Virus record (IMG/VR): IMGVR_UViG_3300003465_000014
Location: 1-45,164 of that record
Reading direction: 5' to 3' (one strand)
DNA: 45,164 nt
Source of the DNA: a virus
Shown here: positions 16,564 to 24,485 of the stretch, in pieces
Layout: each line of letters begins with the position of its first letter
Numbering within the stretch: the stretch's first letter is position 1
Notes under the pieces: generated by a model
Seen by the model: only the letters and a program-made list of their open reading frames with translations
Told to the model about the DNA's origin: nothing
Database searches by the model: none
Translations under genes and position numbers: made by a program

Positions 16564-16794
16564 CTAGCCGCTGCGGCATTCCTCCGATCGGACGAACATT
16601 AGAACCCGCCACCGTGGTGGCAGGCCGATGGGCTCCTCCAACTTGCCGGCCATGGACCGCACATGTGCGCGGATCGTGCGCGGCGAGCATTGAAGCTCAT
16701 GGGCGATTTCGAGGTAGGATAAGCCGCGCCGAATGCCGTCCGCGACGCGGCGCTCTTGGTCGGTGAAGCTCGGTGACTGCTGCGTCGTAGCCAC
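16564..16794 (-). CDS. LuxR/GerE-type HTH transcriptional regulator (76 aa, HTH only)
   Basis: FTDQERRVADGIRRGLSYLEIAHELQCSPRTIRAHVRSMAGKL is a canonical GerE-type HTH. Confidence 0.75.
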   Translation of the reverse strand: MATTQQSPSFTDQERRVADGIRRGLSYLEIAHELQCSPRTIRAHVRSMAGKLEEPIGLPPRWRVLMFVRSEECRSG

Positions 16795-17123
16795 TAGGTG
16801 GGTTGTTGGGCGTGGGCGTCCTCGTACAGCCGCTCGGCCTCGGCGCGGGCAATATGCGCTTCGACCCCAGGGTTCCGGCGCTGGATGTCCGCGATGGCGC
16901 GCTCGATGAACGCCTTGCGGAGAACTGAGTTCTCGGCGCGGCGGACGGCCGCGTGCTCGGGCTCCTCGGGCGGCTTGACCTTGGCCTGGTGGGGCAACTC
17001 GAAGCCGCGGCGTTTCATGCTCACGACGTCGCGCACGAGCCGGTCATACGCGGTTTGCAGCCGGTCGCGCTGGGCGCGCACGTCGTCCAGTTCCCGGCGC
17101 GTGACCCACGGCCAGAGGATCAT
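16794..17123 (-). CDS. Hypothetical protein (109 aa)
   Basis: ATG 17123 forms an ATGA overlap with the upstream stop. The longer track ORF is an Arg/Pro-rich extension. Confidence 0.5.
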   Translation of the reverse strand: MILWPWVTRRELDDVRAQRDRLQTAYDRLVRDVVSMKRRGFELPHQAKVKPPEEPEHAAVRRAENSVLRKAFIERAIADIQRRNPGVEAHIARAEAERLYEDAHAQQPT

Positions 17124-17440
17124 GGCTTCCACGCTGGGTGATTGGGGTCGAACCGCTGGCCTTGGACACGCCATGCGTACCACCAGTCGCGCAGTCGCCG
17201 AACGATTGAGCGTCGCTTGGCTCGCTGGCGGGCGAGCTCCAACTGGACGCGGGTGTCGATCACTTGCCGGAGCTGCTGGCCGTGCGCCATCGCGCCCGTC
17301 GTGCGCGTCCCGAGCAGGCCCGCTAGCGTGCCCTCGACCACCGCAGCGGCGATCAGCTCGGCCTCGCGGCGCGTCACTGGGTCGTCCATGCCCTCGGAGC
17401 GATAGGCGCCGTTCTGGCCGGCGGGCAGGCGGTTTTTCAT
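17120..17440 (-). CDS. Hypothetical protein (106 aa)
   Basis: ATGA overlaps at both ends. Confidence 0.5.
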   Translation of the reverse strand: MKNRLPAGQNGAYRSEGMDDPVTRREAELIAAAVVEGTLAGLLGTRTTGAMAHGQQLRQVIDTRVQLELARQRAKRRSIVRRLRDWWYAWRVQGQRFDPNHPAWKP

Positions 17441-17760
17441 CCGCGCCCTCCTGTGCGGGCAGGTCCGAACAGACCGGGGTCGCCGGCACCCACTACAGCG
17501 TCGAGACGTTGGACCTCGCTGTTGAGCATCCGGCGGAACTCTGAGCGAAAGCGCACGGCGATGAGCGCTTGGATGTCGGTGGGCATTACGAGCTGTTCGA
17601 GCTTCTTACAGAACCGATTGTAAAGGCGTTCTTCCAGCGCCTCGATGACTGCGCGATGGCGCATAACCGTGCGATCCACCGCGCGCTGCACAAGCCGGCG
17701 CGGCGTAGCCCGCTTCCGCAGCGTAGCCCGCTTCTTGGTGACGCGACGCTTTGGCTTCAT
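17437..17760 (-). CDS. Hypothetical basic protein (107 aa)
   Basis: ORF in the operon chain. Confidence 0.5.
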   Translation of the reverse strand: MKPKRRVTKKRATLRKRATPRRLVQRAVDRTVMRHRAVIEALEERLYNRFCKKLEQLVMPTDIQALIAVRFRSEFRRMLNSEVQRLDAVVGAGDPGLFGPARTGGRG

Positions 17761-17763
17761 GGC

Positions 17764-18012
17764 TTACATGCCTCCCATACCGGCATGCCCACCCTTCATC
17801 GGCTTCGGCGACTTCATCGGCGTGGCCCTGGATGCTGGCATCATGCCCGTCTGCTTCGACTTCTTGACGTGCCGGCGCACGACTGGCCGCTTCTTCTTCG
17901 GGCCGTAGCTCGCGGCGATGGCCCTGGCCTGCGCCGGATTCGTGACGCGCTGGCCGCTACTCGACTTGAGCGTTCCCGCCTTGAACTTCCGCATGATCTC
18001 CTCCGCTGGCAT
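17764..18012 (-). CDS. Small basic protein, DUF6496-like (82 aa)
   Basis: ATG 18012 lies directly after the TerL stop. The MRKFKAGTLKSSSGQRVTNPAQARAIAAS motif resembles the DUF6496 family (from memory). Confidence 0.5.
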   Translation of the reverse strand: MPAEEIMRKFKAGTLKSSSGQRVTNPAQARAIAASYGPKKKRPVVRRHVKKSKQTGMMPASRATPMKSPKPMKGGHAGMGGM

Positions 18013-18013
18013 G

Positions 18014-19837
18014 TCAGTACCCTCCGCTGTAATCGGTGATCTTTCCCATGCGCCGTTGCTTCCGCTCTTTGAGCGACCGGGACCGGCGCGCGTCCTCCTG
18101 CAACACGTGTGGTTCGAACACACTCTCGATCTCGGGTTCAGGCTCTTTCCCCGGCCGGAGCCACGACATGATGCCGTAGCGGTCCGCAGCACACATGTCG
18201 GCACCGTCCGCCGTGTGGTCATCGGGGTCCTGGCCCTGCGCCTTGCCTTCGACCGGAACCGGATAGCTCCAGTGCTCAACCTCCCACAGGAGCCGAGAGC
18301 CCTCCATCGGCTCGCCAGCCGAGGCGGCGTTGTGCCCGAGTTGCCACATCAGAAACTCGTCGGTCGGGCGCCGGATCGCTGGCCCCGTGGGGTCCTGCGG
18401 GTTGGGCCAGTCCTGGACAGCGAGGACGGCAGTCATCGCGTGCGCGACCCCGCGGCGGTAGGTCAAGGCGTTCCGGTCCAGCAAGTCGTTGATCCGATCC
18501 ACGCTCACCTTGCGGATCTTGTTCTCCTGCGCGACGGGTACGACGCGCGCCCGACTCTTGATGCGCTTGAGCGCGCGGTTCAGCTCCACGATGTCCTGTG
18601 CGTTCGCGGCGTCGCCCCAGATGCGGAGTGATGGCGCCCCATAGTGCTTGGCCAGCGCGTCGATCGCCCGGGCATGGGTATCGTGGTTCTGCGCCGGCCC
18701 TCGCTGTTGAAAGTACTCGGCGACCTGGTGCACACGGCCGGCGGCATCCGAGGCGCGGATCACGAACGCGAACCGCCATGCGCCAAAGTCCAGCCCACCG
18801 AATACCGAGCCGAGGGCGACGATGGCCCGGGCTTCGTCGTCGGTCAGGTCCTCCAGGTGGCGGCGTGCATCGAACTTGAGTGCGCGAGACTCGGCGGCGT
18901 GCGCGACCTCGTGCTGAGCCTCTTTCAAGAACGCCGACGGCCCCCAGTCCTCCATCTGCCGCTGGCAGGTTTCGAGGTTCTGGCCGGCCCATGTCGCCGT
19001 CCCGCCAACGATGACCGCGCGGCGGGTATTCGTGCGCGGATCGTGCTGCCACTCCCACTCTAGTCCCTCGACGGCCGGGTGTGGCCCGCTCACATGCCGG
19101 CGCGAGAGGAAGTCCGCGCGACCGTCCACGAGGCGCGAGAACACGCCATCGGGGATGATGAGGTTCTGAATCGCGAGGATGGCGCAGTCCTCGGAACCTG
19201 CCGGCAGGATGCTCGTGGTGATAACCGCGATCTTCTTGGCCGTGGTCGCCGGTGAGTCAAGCTTGCCGTCAATGTCGTCCAGGATGATGAGGTCAGGCCG
19301 GTCCTCATCCACCTTCGCCCCGCGCGTCGCGGTGTCCAGCCCCATGGCGTCCACCGTGTAGCCGCCGGCCGTCATGATGCGCTCGCGACGCCAGCCTCGG
19401 GAGTTGCCAAACTTGCCGACGCGCCGGTCCGCGTGCTGCGGGTAATGCCGCTGCATCGCGTCAGATTCCAGCATCGCGGCGACATTCGAGACGGACGTAT
19501 CTGCCTGGTCCTGCGTCTCGCGGACATAGAGCGCATACTTGCGGCGGTCGCGCACGCCGAGCGCCGTGGTCAGGAGTTCGGCCGACGTGGACTTGGCGCC
19601 CCCGCGGCACCAGACAGCAACGAACGCGACATCTGGCCGCTGGCCGCGCTCGATGCGCCATGCCCACTCCCAGAGCTCTTCGTGGCGCGGCGCGAAGGGA
19701 TACTTGAGATACGACGGGAAGAGCATGCGGGCCCAGGCTTCCCATGCCTCGGGCGCAGCGATCCCGAGGCGTGGGCGGTGCTCGACGCCGTTGGCAGCGA
19801 GCGCCCGAGACCAGAGGGCGGCGGGACTGCTGCTCAT
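18014..19837 (-). CDS. terL: Terminase large subunit (607 aa)
   Basis: Walker A-like VWCRGGAKST and Walker B-like DLIILDDID. ATG 19837 forms an ATGA overlap with the preceding 60-aa ORF. The 713-aa track ORF has an Arg/Pro-rich spurious extension. Confidence 0.85.
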   Translation of the reverse strand: MSSSPAALWSRALAANGVEHRPRLGIAAPEAWEAWARMLFPSYLKYPFAPRHEELWEWAWRIERGQRPDVAFVAVWCRGGAKSTSAELLTTALGVRDRRKYALYVRETQDQADTSVSNVAAMLESDAMQRHYPQHADRRVGKFGNSRGWRRERIMTAGGYTVDAMGLDTATRGAKVDEDRPDLIILDDIDGKLDSPATTAKKIAVITTSILPAGSEDCAILAIQNLIIPDGVFSRLVDGRADFLSRRHVSGPHPAVEGLEWEWQHDPRTNTRRAVIVGGTATWAGQNLETCQRQMEDWGPSAFLKEAQHEVAHAAESRALKFDARRHLEDLTDDEARAIVALGSVFGGLDFGAWRFAFVIRASDAAGRVHQVAEYFQQRGPAQNHDTHARAIDALAKHYGAPSLRIWGDAANAQDIVELNRALKRIKSRARVVPVAQENKIRKVSVDRINDLLDRNALTYRRGVAHAMTAVLAVQDWPNPQDPTGPAIRRPTDEFLMWQLGHNAASAGEPMEGSRLLWEVEHWSYPVPVEGKAQGQDPDDHTADGADMCAADRYGIMSWLRPGKEPEPEIESVFEPHVLQEDARRSRSLKERKQRRMGKITDYSGGY

Positions 19838-20016
19838 TTCCGGCGGCGCAGGGTGCGGACCAAGCGCCGAAGCTCGCGGAGCGCCACGACGATGCGCGCG
19901 AGCTCGGCGAGCGTGATGTCCGGCGACATCGAGCCGGCGACCATCGCGCGGTCGAGCTGGTACGCGGCGGCGCTGGCGTAGGCCGCGACCGTTGATCGCT
20001 TGGCGGTGCGGGTCAT
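19834..20016 (-). CDS. Hypothetical 60-aa protein, translationally coupled between the lipoprotein and TerL
   Basis: ATGA overlaps at both ends. MTRTAKRSTVAAYASAAAYQLDRAMVAGSMSPDITLAELARIVVALRELRRLV. Confidence 0.5.
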   Translation of the reverse strand: MTRTAKRSTVAAYASAAAYQLDRAMVAGSMSPDITLAELARIVVALRELRRLVRTLRRRK

Positions 20017-20387
20017 CGTGGTGCGCCTCGGGTGTAGGTGAAGGTCCCTTCGCCCCATGCGACGGTGAGCCCATTGGCGGTGAGCGCGCCAGTGTAGGGC
20101 TGATAGCGCGCGGCTGGTGCGAAGTCGAGCGAGTCGCCACGCCGCGAGAACGCACCGCGCACGGAGTCCACGACGGTCTGCGAGCCCCACTGCATGACCG
20201 TCGCGTCGATGTACGTGGAGTCGGGGTACAGCGCGAGCGTACCCGAGACGAACCGCGTGCCCATGCCGCCAGCCTGAGTTGGAACCGCGCGCCCGTCGAT
20301 CGCGCGGAGATGATAAGTGCCGAAGCGCGACAACGGCGTCACGTCGGCGCACGCGACGGCGAACAACAGCGCCAGCACGAGCCTCAT
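20013..20387 (-). CDS. Putative lipoprotein (124 aa)
   Basis: N-terminus MRLVLALLFAVAC (signal peptide plus Cys). The beta-rich mature part has no other motif. ATGA overlaps with TerS and with the next ORF. Confidence 0.6.
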   Translation of the reverse strand: MRLVLALLFAVACADVTPLSRFGTYHLRAIDGRAVPTQAGGMGTRFVSGTLALYPDSTYIDATVMQWGSQTVVDSVRGAFSRRGDSLDFAPAARYQPYTGALTANGLTVAWGEGTFTYTRGAPR

Positions 20388-20755
20388 GACCAGACCTCTC
20401 CGAGCGCCGTGAAAATCTCCTCGCGCGTCCAGAGTTCCTTCCGCGCGAGCACTTCCACCTGCCGCTTGAGCCGGTTGAGCAGGTCCATGTCGTCCTCCTT
20501 GAGCCCGAACGTCGCCATGAGCATCAGCGCTTGGAGCCGATCCCGCGGCGGCGCCTCTGGGTCATCGGCGATGGACTCGGCGATGTGGATGCGGTTGAAG
20601 AAACTCTCACGGAGCGCGGCGCGAATGAGGGCCGGTGGACGCCCACTGCCTCCCGCGTTCGTGCCCCCATGCCTCAGCGCGCCCCCATGCGGCTGTGGCA
20701 CCAGCGTTCCCGTGCTTATCGCCGTGGATTGGGACTTCGCGCGCCTCTTGCTCAC
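20384..20755 (-). CDS. terS: Terminase small subunit candidate (123 aa)
   Basis: Position upstream of TerL. Basic N-terminus with a PHGGALRHGGTNAGGSGRPP glycine/arginine DNA-binding-like motif common in small terminases. Confidence 0.5.
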   Translation of the reverse strand: MSKRRAKSQSTAISTGTLVPQPHGGALRHGGTNAGGSGRPPALIRAALRESFFNRIHIAESIADDPEAPPRDRLQALMLMATFGLKEDDMDLLNRLKRQVEVLARKELWTREEIFTALGEVWS

Positions 20756-21006
20756 CAGCGGCTCCGGTCATAGGACACGTCCACGACGCGCGGTTCTTCG
20801 GTCCTGTCGATCAAGTGCTGGATCACGGACTCCCAGTACATGGCGCCGGGGTCTGTGCGATTCTTGAACTGGCCCCAATAGGCCCATGCGTCGGCCTCGG
20901 CCGCGCGACGAACGCCGGCACTGCGCCGCATGAGTTCGGACGCAACCTCAGCGGGCGGCGTAGGCCCGCGCTGCTTGAGCCATTGATCGAGCGGGATGTC
21001 AGCCAT
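20752..21006 (-). CDS. Hypothetical protein (84 aa)
   Basis: ORF in the operon chain, with ATGA overlap downstream. Confidence 0.5.
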   Translation of the reverse strand: MADIPLDQWLKQRGPTPPAEVASELMRRSAGVRRAAEADAWAYWGQFKNRTDPGAMYWESVIQHLIDRTEEPRVVDVSYDRSRW

Positions 21007-21211
21007 GCGAACGGTCAGGTCTCCAGGGGCCGGGGATAGGGAGTGATAGCGCCTCGTTGAGGATCGCGCTGATGGACGTGCCGTGCGGCGCTTGGTCTGA
21101 GGCGTCGCGCAGGAGTCGGCGCGTGCGGCCGATGAATGCGCGGAGCTCAGCGTTTTCGAGTTGGTAGCGTTCGCGCACGGCGTCCAGGCGGTCGTCGGTG
21201 GTATTGATCAT
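20999..21211 (-). CDS. Hypothetical protein (70 aa)
   Basis: ORF in the operon chain. Confidence 0.45.
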   Translation of the reverse strand: MINTTDDRLDAVRERYQLENAELRAFIGRTRRLLRDASDQAPHGTSISAILNEALSLPIPGPWRPDRSHG

Positions 21212-21780
21212 CGGTCGCCTCGCGGGAGGGAGCGGTCGCGTGCGACGGAGCGCACGAGATCCACGACCTGCTGCTGGGTTTTCTCGCCGGAGGGGAGGGC
21301 CTTGCCTTTCGGCGCGATCGCTGCCTCATAGGCTCGCCGGAACTTGGCTTGCAGTTTCGGCCAGTCCTCCTCGGTGCAGAGCGTGATCTCTTTCAGGCCA
21401 CCAACCGCCCGAATTGCCGCCCAGGTCGGCGCGTCCCACGCCGTGCTTATCGCAGCAGGGAGGAAGCGGTATCCGCCGTGCTGGAACAGAGCATCGTTGA
21501 CGATGCGGAGGGCGCCTTCCGAGCGCTGTTGCGGGCTTACGCCGGCCTTTTCGAGGATGAGCGCAGGCGGGGGCCAGAACTTCTCGCTGCCGATGGTGCG
21601 CGTCACGGCATCCACGAACTGCTCGTCGGTGAGGTGTGGTGACAGCAGGCTGTGGTACATCAGGGACACGGGACCGTCGATCTCGCGACCGAATGCGCCT
21701 GCGAGCTGGCCCATGCCGGTTATAAATACGGCGTCACTGATCATTGGCTGCTCGCTGTTGTTGAAGCGCACGGAGCGCAT
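21208..21780 (-). CDS. Replication-associated protein, possible helicase-loader-like (about 190 aa, start uncertain)
   Basis: Follows the initiator-like gene. LLSPHLTDEQFVDAVTRTIGSEKFWPPPALILEKAG is reminiscent of the G39P-type loader family (weak, from memory). Confidence 0.35.
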   Translation of the reverse strand: MRSVRFNNSEQPMISDAVFITGMGQLAGAFGREIDGPVSLMYHSLLSPHLTDEQFVDAVTRTIGSEKFWPPPALILEKAGVSPQQRSEGALRIVNDALFQHGGYRFLPAAISTAWDAPTWAAIRAVGGLKEITLCTEEDWPKLQAKFRRAYEAAIAPKGKALPSGEKTQQQVVDLVRSVARDRSLPRGDR

Positions 21781-22567
21781 TGTCGGCGCTTCGTTGTCCA
21801 ACGCCTCCGCGACGGTGTGTGGGAGCGGGAACGGTTTCAGCGGTGGGTTGCATGGCGCGCCGGACACATGCGCGGAAGTGCTGGGCGTTCCAACGGCCGG
21901 CGCTCATGCCATTGGTGACGTAATCGCTGAGCGCGATGTCCAGTTGCTCGGGCGTGCAGCAGTGCGCTGGTCCACGGTCTCCTGCGAGCAGAGCTTCCAG
22001 CTCAGCGACGATGCCGGTCTTACTGCCTGCGACTTTCAGCACTGCCGACAGGGCGTTCCGGCCCGCGCTGGTCGTGAGGCGTGTGGCGATCTTGGGTTCG
22101 TTGATCGGCTGCCACGCGACGCCAGCCGACTGATCGATCGGCGGCGCGGCGTTTTCTGCCGCGCCCCCCTCTGTCTCTCTCTCTACTCTGTCTCTGTCTC
22201 TACTCTTCTCTGTCTCTGTAGTAGCATCTTGCAAGCGCAGCGCTAGCACGCTGCTAGCATCGTGTCCGTCTGAGACCAGAAAGCCAGCACGGATAAGGAC
22301 TTGGATACTACTACGCACGTTTTGCGTCGGACGGCGCAAGCGCCACGCTAGCGCGTCGCTATCAAAGGCCATGCAGCCGTCATCGGACTCGCTAGCGATA
22401 AGCCAAAGGTCGGTCAGCAAGCTCTTCGCGGCGTCATCCAGCCCTTGGTATTCGCGGTTGTCGAGCAGCTTCCTGTGCAGCTTGATCCAGGGCGGGTTCC
22501 GGTGCTTGTAGTGCTGGAACTCGCTCCAGTTGCGGACGCGCAGGGTACCAGATGGGGCTCCGCTCAT
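21734..22567 (-). CDS. Replication initiator/organiser-like protein (277 aa)
   Basis: ATG 22567 forms an ATGA overlap. N-terminal NWSEFQHYKHRNPPWIKLHRKLLDNREY...LWLIASES winged-helix-like motif common in prophage replication proteins. A charged linker is encoded by internal DNA repeats. Confidence 0.5.
   Translation of the reverse strand: MSGAPSGTLRVRNWSEFQHYKHRNPPWIKLHRKLLDNREYQGLDDAAKSLLTDLWLIASESDDGCMAFDSDALAWRLRRPTQNVRSSIQVLIRAGFLVSDGHDASSVLALRLQDATTETEKSRDRDRVERETEGGAAENAAPPIDQSAGVAWQPINEPKIATRLTTSAGRNALSAVLKVAGSKTGIVAELEALLAGDRGPAHCCTPEQLDIALSDYVTNGMSAGRWNAQHFRACVRRAMQPTAETVPAPTHRRGGVGQRSADNALRALQQQRAANDQ
22170..22217. repeat. Four copies of TCTGTCTCT (iteron-like) inside the initiator gene
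   Basis: Copies at 22170-22178, 22187-22195, 22193-22201 and 22209-22217, followed by a lower-GC stretch with four GCTAGC palindromes (22242-22396). Confidence 0.6.
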
Positions 22568-22893
22568 GGGGCAACGTAGACCTGGTGGAGGTTGGCGTGG
22601 CTGCGGGCGACGGCAGAACGGCGGAATGCGCCTGGCACCGGCCGGAGCCCCGCGGCGCGCGGCACGCGCGCGAGCCACGAGAGGCGTCGGCCGCGCTCCT
22701 CGCCGGTCAGGAGCCCGCGGTTTTCGGCCGCGATTCGGATGTCTGAGACGGTGACGCCGTGCGCGCCGGCCCGCTCGGCGAGCTCGCGCGCGATCGGCAC
22801 GAGCCGCTCGATCTGGCGCTCGGGGTCAGGCTCGCCAGCTGCAGCGAAGAGCGGCAGATCCTCGACGCCACGACGGTAGGTCAGTGGATCCAT
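22564..22893 (-). CDS. Hypothetical protein (109 aa)
   Basis: ORF in the operon chain. Confidence 0.5.
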   Translation of the reverse strand: MDPLTYRRGVEDLPLFAAAGEPDPERQIERLVPIARELAERAGAHGVTVSDIRIAAENRGLLTGEERGRRLSWLARVPRAAGLRPVPGAFRRSAVARSHANLHQVYVAP

Positions 22894-23357
22894 CAGCCGC
22901 CTCCCTCAACCGCACGACGCACCAGCGCCCGCGTCACGAGGTCCACCGTGGCGTCCGTGCAGAGCTGCGCCGGCGTGGTGTAGAGCACGCGCCAGCCGAG
23001 CACGGCGGCGGCGTTCAGCTTCTCGTGCGTCTTGAGGATCCCGGCGCCACGTGCATGCCGGCCGCGCACGAAAACCCCGCCATCGCACTCCAAGGCAAGC
23101 CCGCCGGTCCCATCCACGTCTGGCCACGCGAAGTCGAAGCGCCAGTTCCGCTCCGGTGTGAACTGGTACTCAAGCGCTGGCAGGGGAAGCCGGACGGCGT
23201 GGCAGAGCATCTTGAACTGGCGGGCCCGCGCCTTGGCCTGTTCCAGGGCGACCCGCGCCTGCGCACTACCAGCCTTCGCGGCCTCGCTCTTGGTGAGCTT
23301 GGCTCGCACGGGAGCCGGCAACTGGCTGGCGGGAATCGCGACGGTGGCGGGCGTCAT
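22893..23357 (-). CDS. PD-(D/E)XK nuclease, Vsr/DUF559-like (154 aa)
   Basis: EYQFTPERNWRFDFAWPD...GLALECDGGVFVRGRHARGAG...KLNAAAVLGWRVLYTT matches the Vsr-like endonuclease core pattern. Confidence 0.6.
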   Translation of the reverse strand: MTPATVAIPASQLPAPVRAKLTKSEAAKAGSAQARVALEQAKARARQFKMLCHAVRLPLPALEYQFTPERNWRFDFAWPDVDGTGGLALECDGGVFVRGRHARGAGILKTHEKLNAAAVLGWRVLYTTPAQLCTDATVDLVTRALVRRAVEGGG

Positions 23358-23560
23358 CCGCGCCCCCGCAGCTCAGGCACAATCCAGCGCGACGGGCAGC
23401 GACATTCCTGGATCAGGAGATCAAGGGCGTCCTGCCGCTCCGCTCGGCGGCGATGATGCTCCTGGACCAAGTGCGCGACCGAGACGAGGCAGGCGAGCCC
23501 AATGATGAGCGCGGTCCACGCGCCCAGCGCCATCAGCATCAGTTCCACAAAGCGCGGCAT
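23354..23560 (-). CDS. Small membrane protein (68 aa)
   Basis: One hydrophobic helix (LMLMALGAWTALIIGLACLVSVA). First ORF after the long non-coding region. Confidence 0.5.
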   Translation of the reverse strand: MPRFVELMLMALGAWTALIIGLACLVSVAHLVQEHHRRRAERQDALDLLIQECRCPSRWIVPELRGRG

Positions 23561-23785
23561 CGCGGGCTCCGTGGTGAGTGGTGGGGCAGTTCGGAGCCGA
23601 GGGCGGTCGATGGCGACGGAGCCGGTGAACTCCGGCCGAGGTCAGCGCCAGCAAGGGGTGGCTCGCCTCGCGCCCTTACGACGGCAGTGGACCCCCGGGG
23701 AGCATCCGCAAACGACTCACGGGCAGGCCGCGCGCGGGAGGTGTTGCCGCCGCTCTCGAACTGCGGGAGGGAAGTAGCGTGTACG

Positions 23786-24040
23786 TGTTCACGCGAATGT
23801 TCACGTTTGGCACGGTCACGGTGGGAGGCTACTACTATAGATGTGCTGCGGTCATGGCGTGCGCCCAAAGTGGCTGAGACGCCACGATTTTGACCGCAAA
23901 CGCGGGTTAGGGCAGTCGTCTGGAAAGCGTCGTTCCTAAGCGTGTTCACGCGTGGGTACGTTTCGGTACGTCTTTCAGTACCAATACGTTGCGTAAGTGC
24001 CGTGAACACAACGCCGTTCATGTTCACGGTTTTGTTCACG
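23786..24040. promoter_or_regulatory. Cluster of six TGTTCACG boxes (five direct, one inverted) in the non-coding region 5' of the tRNA
   Basis: Boxes at 23786-23793, 23798-23805, 23943-23950, 24001-24008 (inverted), 24021-24028 and 24033-24040. Two extended repeats: CGTGTTCACGCG x2 and TGTTCACGTTTGG x2. Confidence 0.7.
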
Positions 24041-24061
24041 TTTGGGACATTTCGAGGTACG

Positions 24062-24148
24062 GGAGCGGTGGCTGAGTGGCTGAAGGTGCTGCCCTGGAAA
24101 GGCAGTGTACGGGCAACCGTACCGTGGGTTCGAATCCCACCCGCTCCG
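24062..24148 (+). tRNA. tRNA-Ser (anticodon GGA), class II with long variable arm
   Basis: Acceptor GGAGCGG/CCGCTCC. Anticodon stem CTGCC/GGCAG with loop CTGGAAA. Variable arm GTACGG-GCAA-CCGTAC. T arm GTGGG-TTCGAAT-CCCAC. Discriminator G. No encoded CCA. Confidence 0.9.
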
Positions 24149-24152
24149 TGAT

Positions 24153-24485
24153 TCACGGGCCTCCCTCGGGCTGGCTCGGCAGTTCGGATAGCAAGAGGGC
24201 GTCGATCATGGCGCGTTGGCGCTCATGTAGTTCCTCTGCCAGCCCGAGTTCCATGCGTCTCACGGCAATCCACGCGGCCGTCCCGAGTATGATGATCTCC
24301 TGCTCCTCTGGGCCCAGCACATTCGACACTTGGACGATTTGCTCCATCGCCCGGTTCAGCATGGTGTGAAGTTCCTCGGTTCTCACCATGCTGCGATGCT
24401 GCCTAGCCAAGTAGTGTGCTTGGTGGACAAGTTCTCTGAATGCACTCACGGGCATCTCCTTCTGTGGTGTCGCCTTCTCAGACAT
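24153..24485 (-). CDS. Hypothetical protein (110 aa)
   Basis: ORF. Its stop is 5 nt from the tRNA 3' end. Confidence 0.5.
   Translation of the reverse strand: MSEKATPQKEMPVSAFRELVHQAHYLARQHRSMVRTEELHTMLNRAMEQIVQVSNVLGPEEQEIIILGTAAWIAVRRMELGLAEELHERQRAMIDALLLSELPSQPEGGP

Noticed and set aside
18014-20155. N-terminal extensions of track ORFs (TerL 713 aa, fibre 13747..15888, exonuclease 33149..34348, NADAR 25263..26102, 28596..29519, 16794..17489, 30285..30968, 21734..22678)
   Set aside because: The extensions are Arg/Pro/His-rich and overlap well-supported upstream genes. Internal ATGs that form ATGA overlaps or carry Shine-Dalgarno sequences give sensible proteins.
23561-23785. Possible c-di-GMP (GEMM-type) riboswitch or other structured leader in the GC-rich half of the long non-coding region, considered because of the GGDEF gene
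   Set aside because: I could not find the conserved GEMM elements (GGGCAAACC / GACGCAAAGCC-like segments) on either strand by eye. A covariance-model scan would be needed, so no claim is made.
23539-24156. 205-aa minus-strand ORF across the non-coding region and tRNA
   Set aside because: It runs antisense through the tRNA-Ser gene and the repeat-box region, has low-complexity composition and has no start context. It is treated as spurious.
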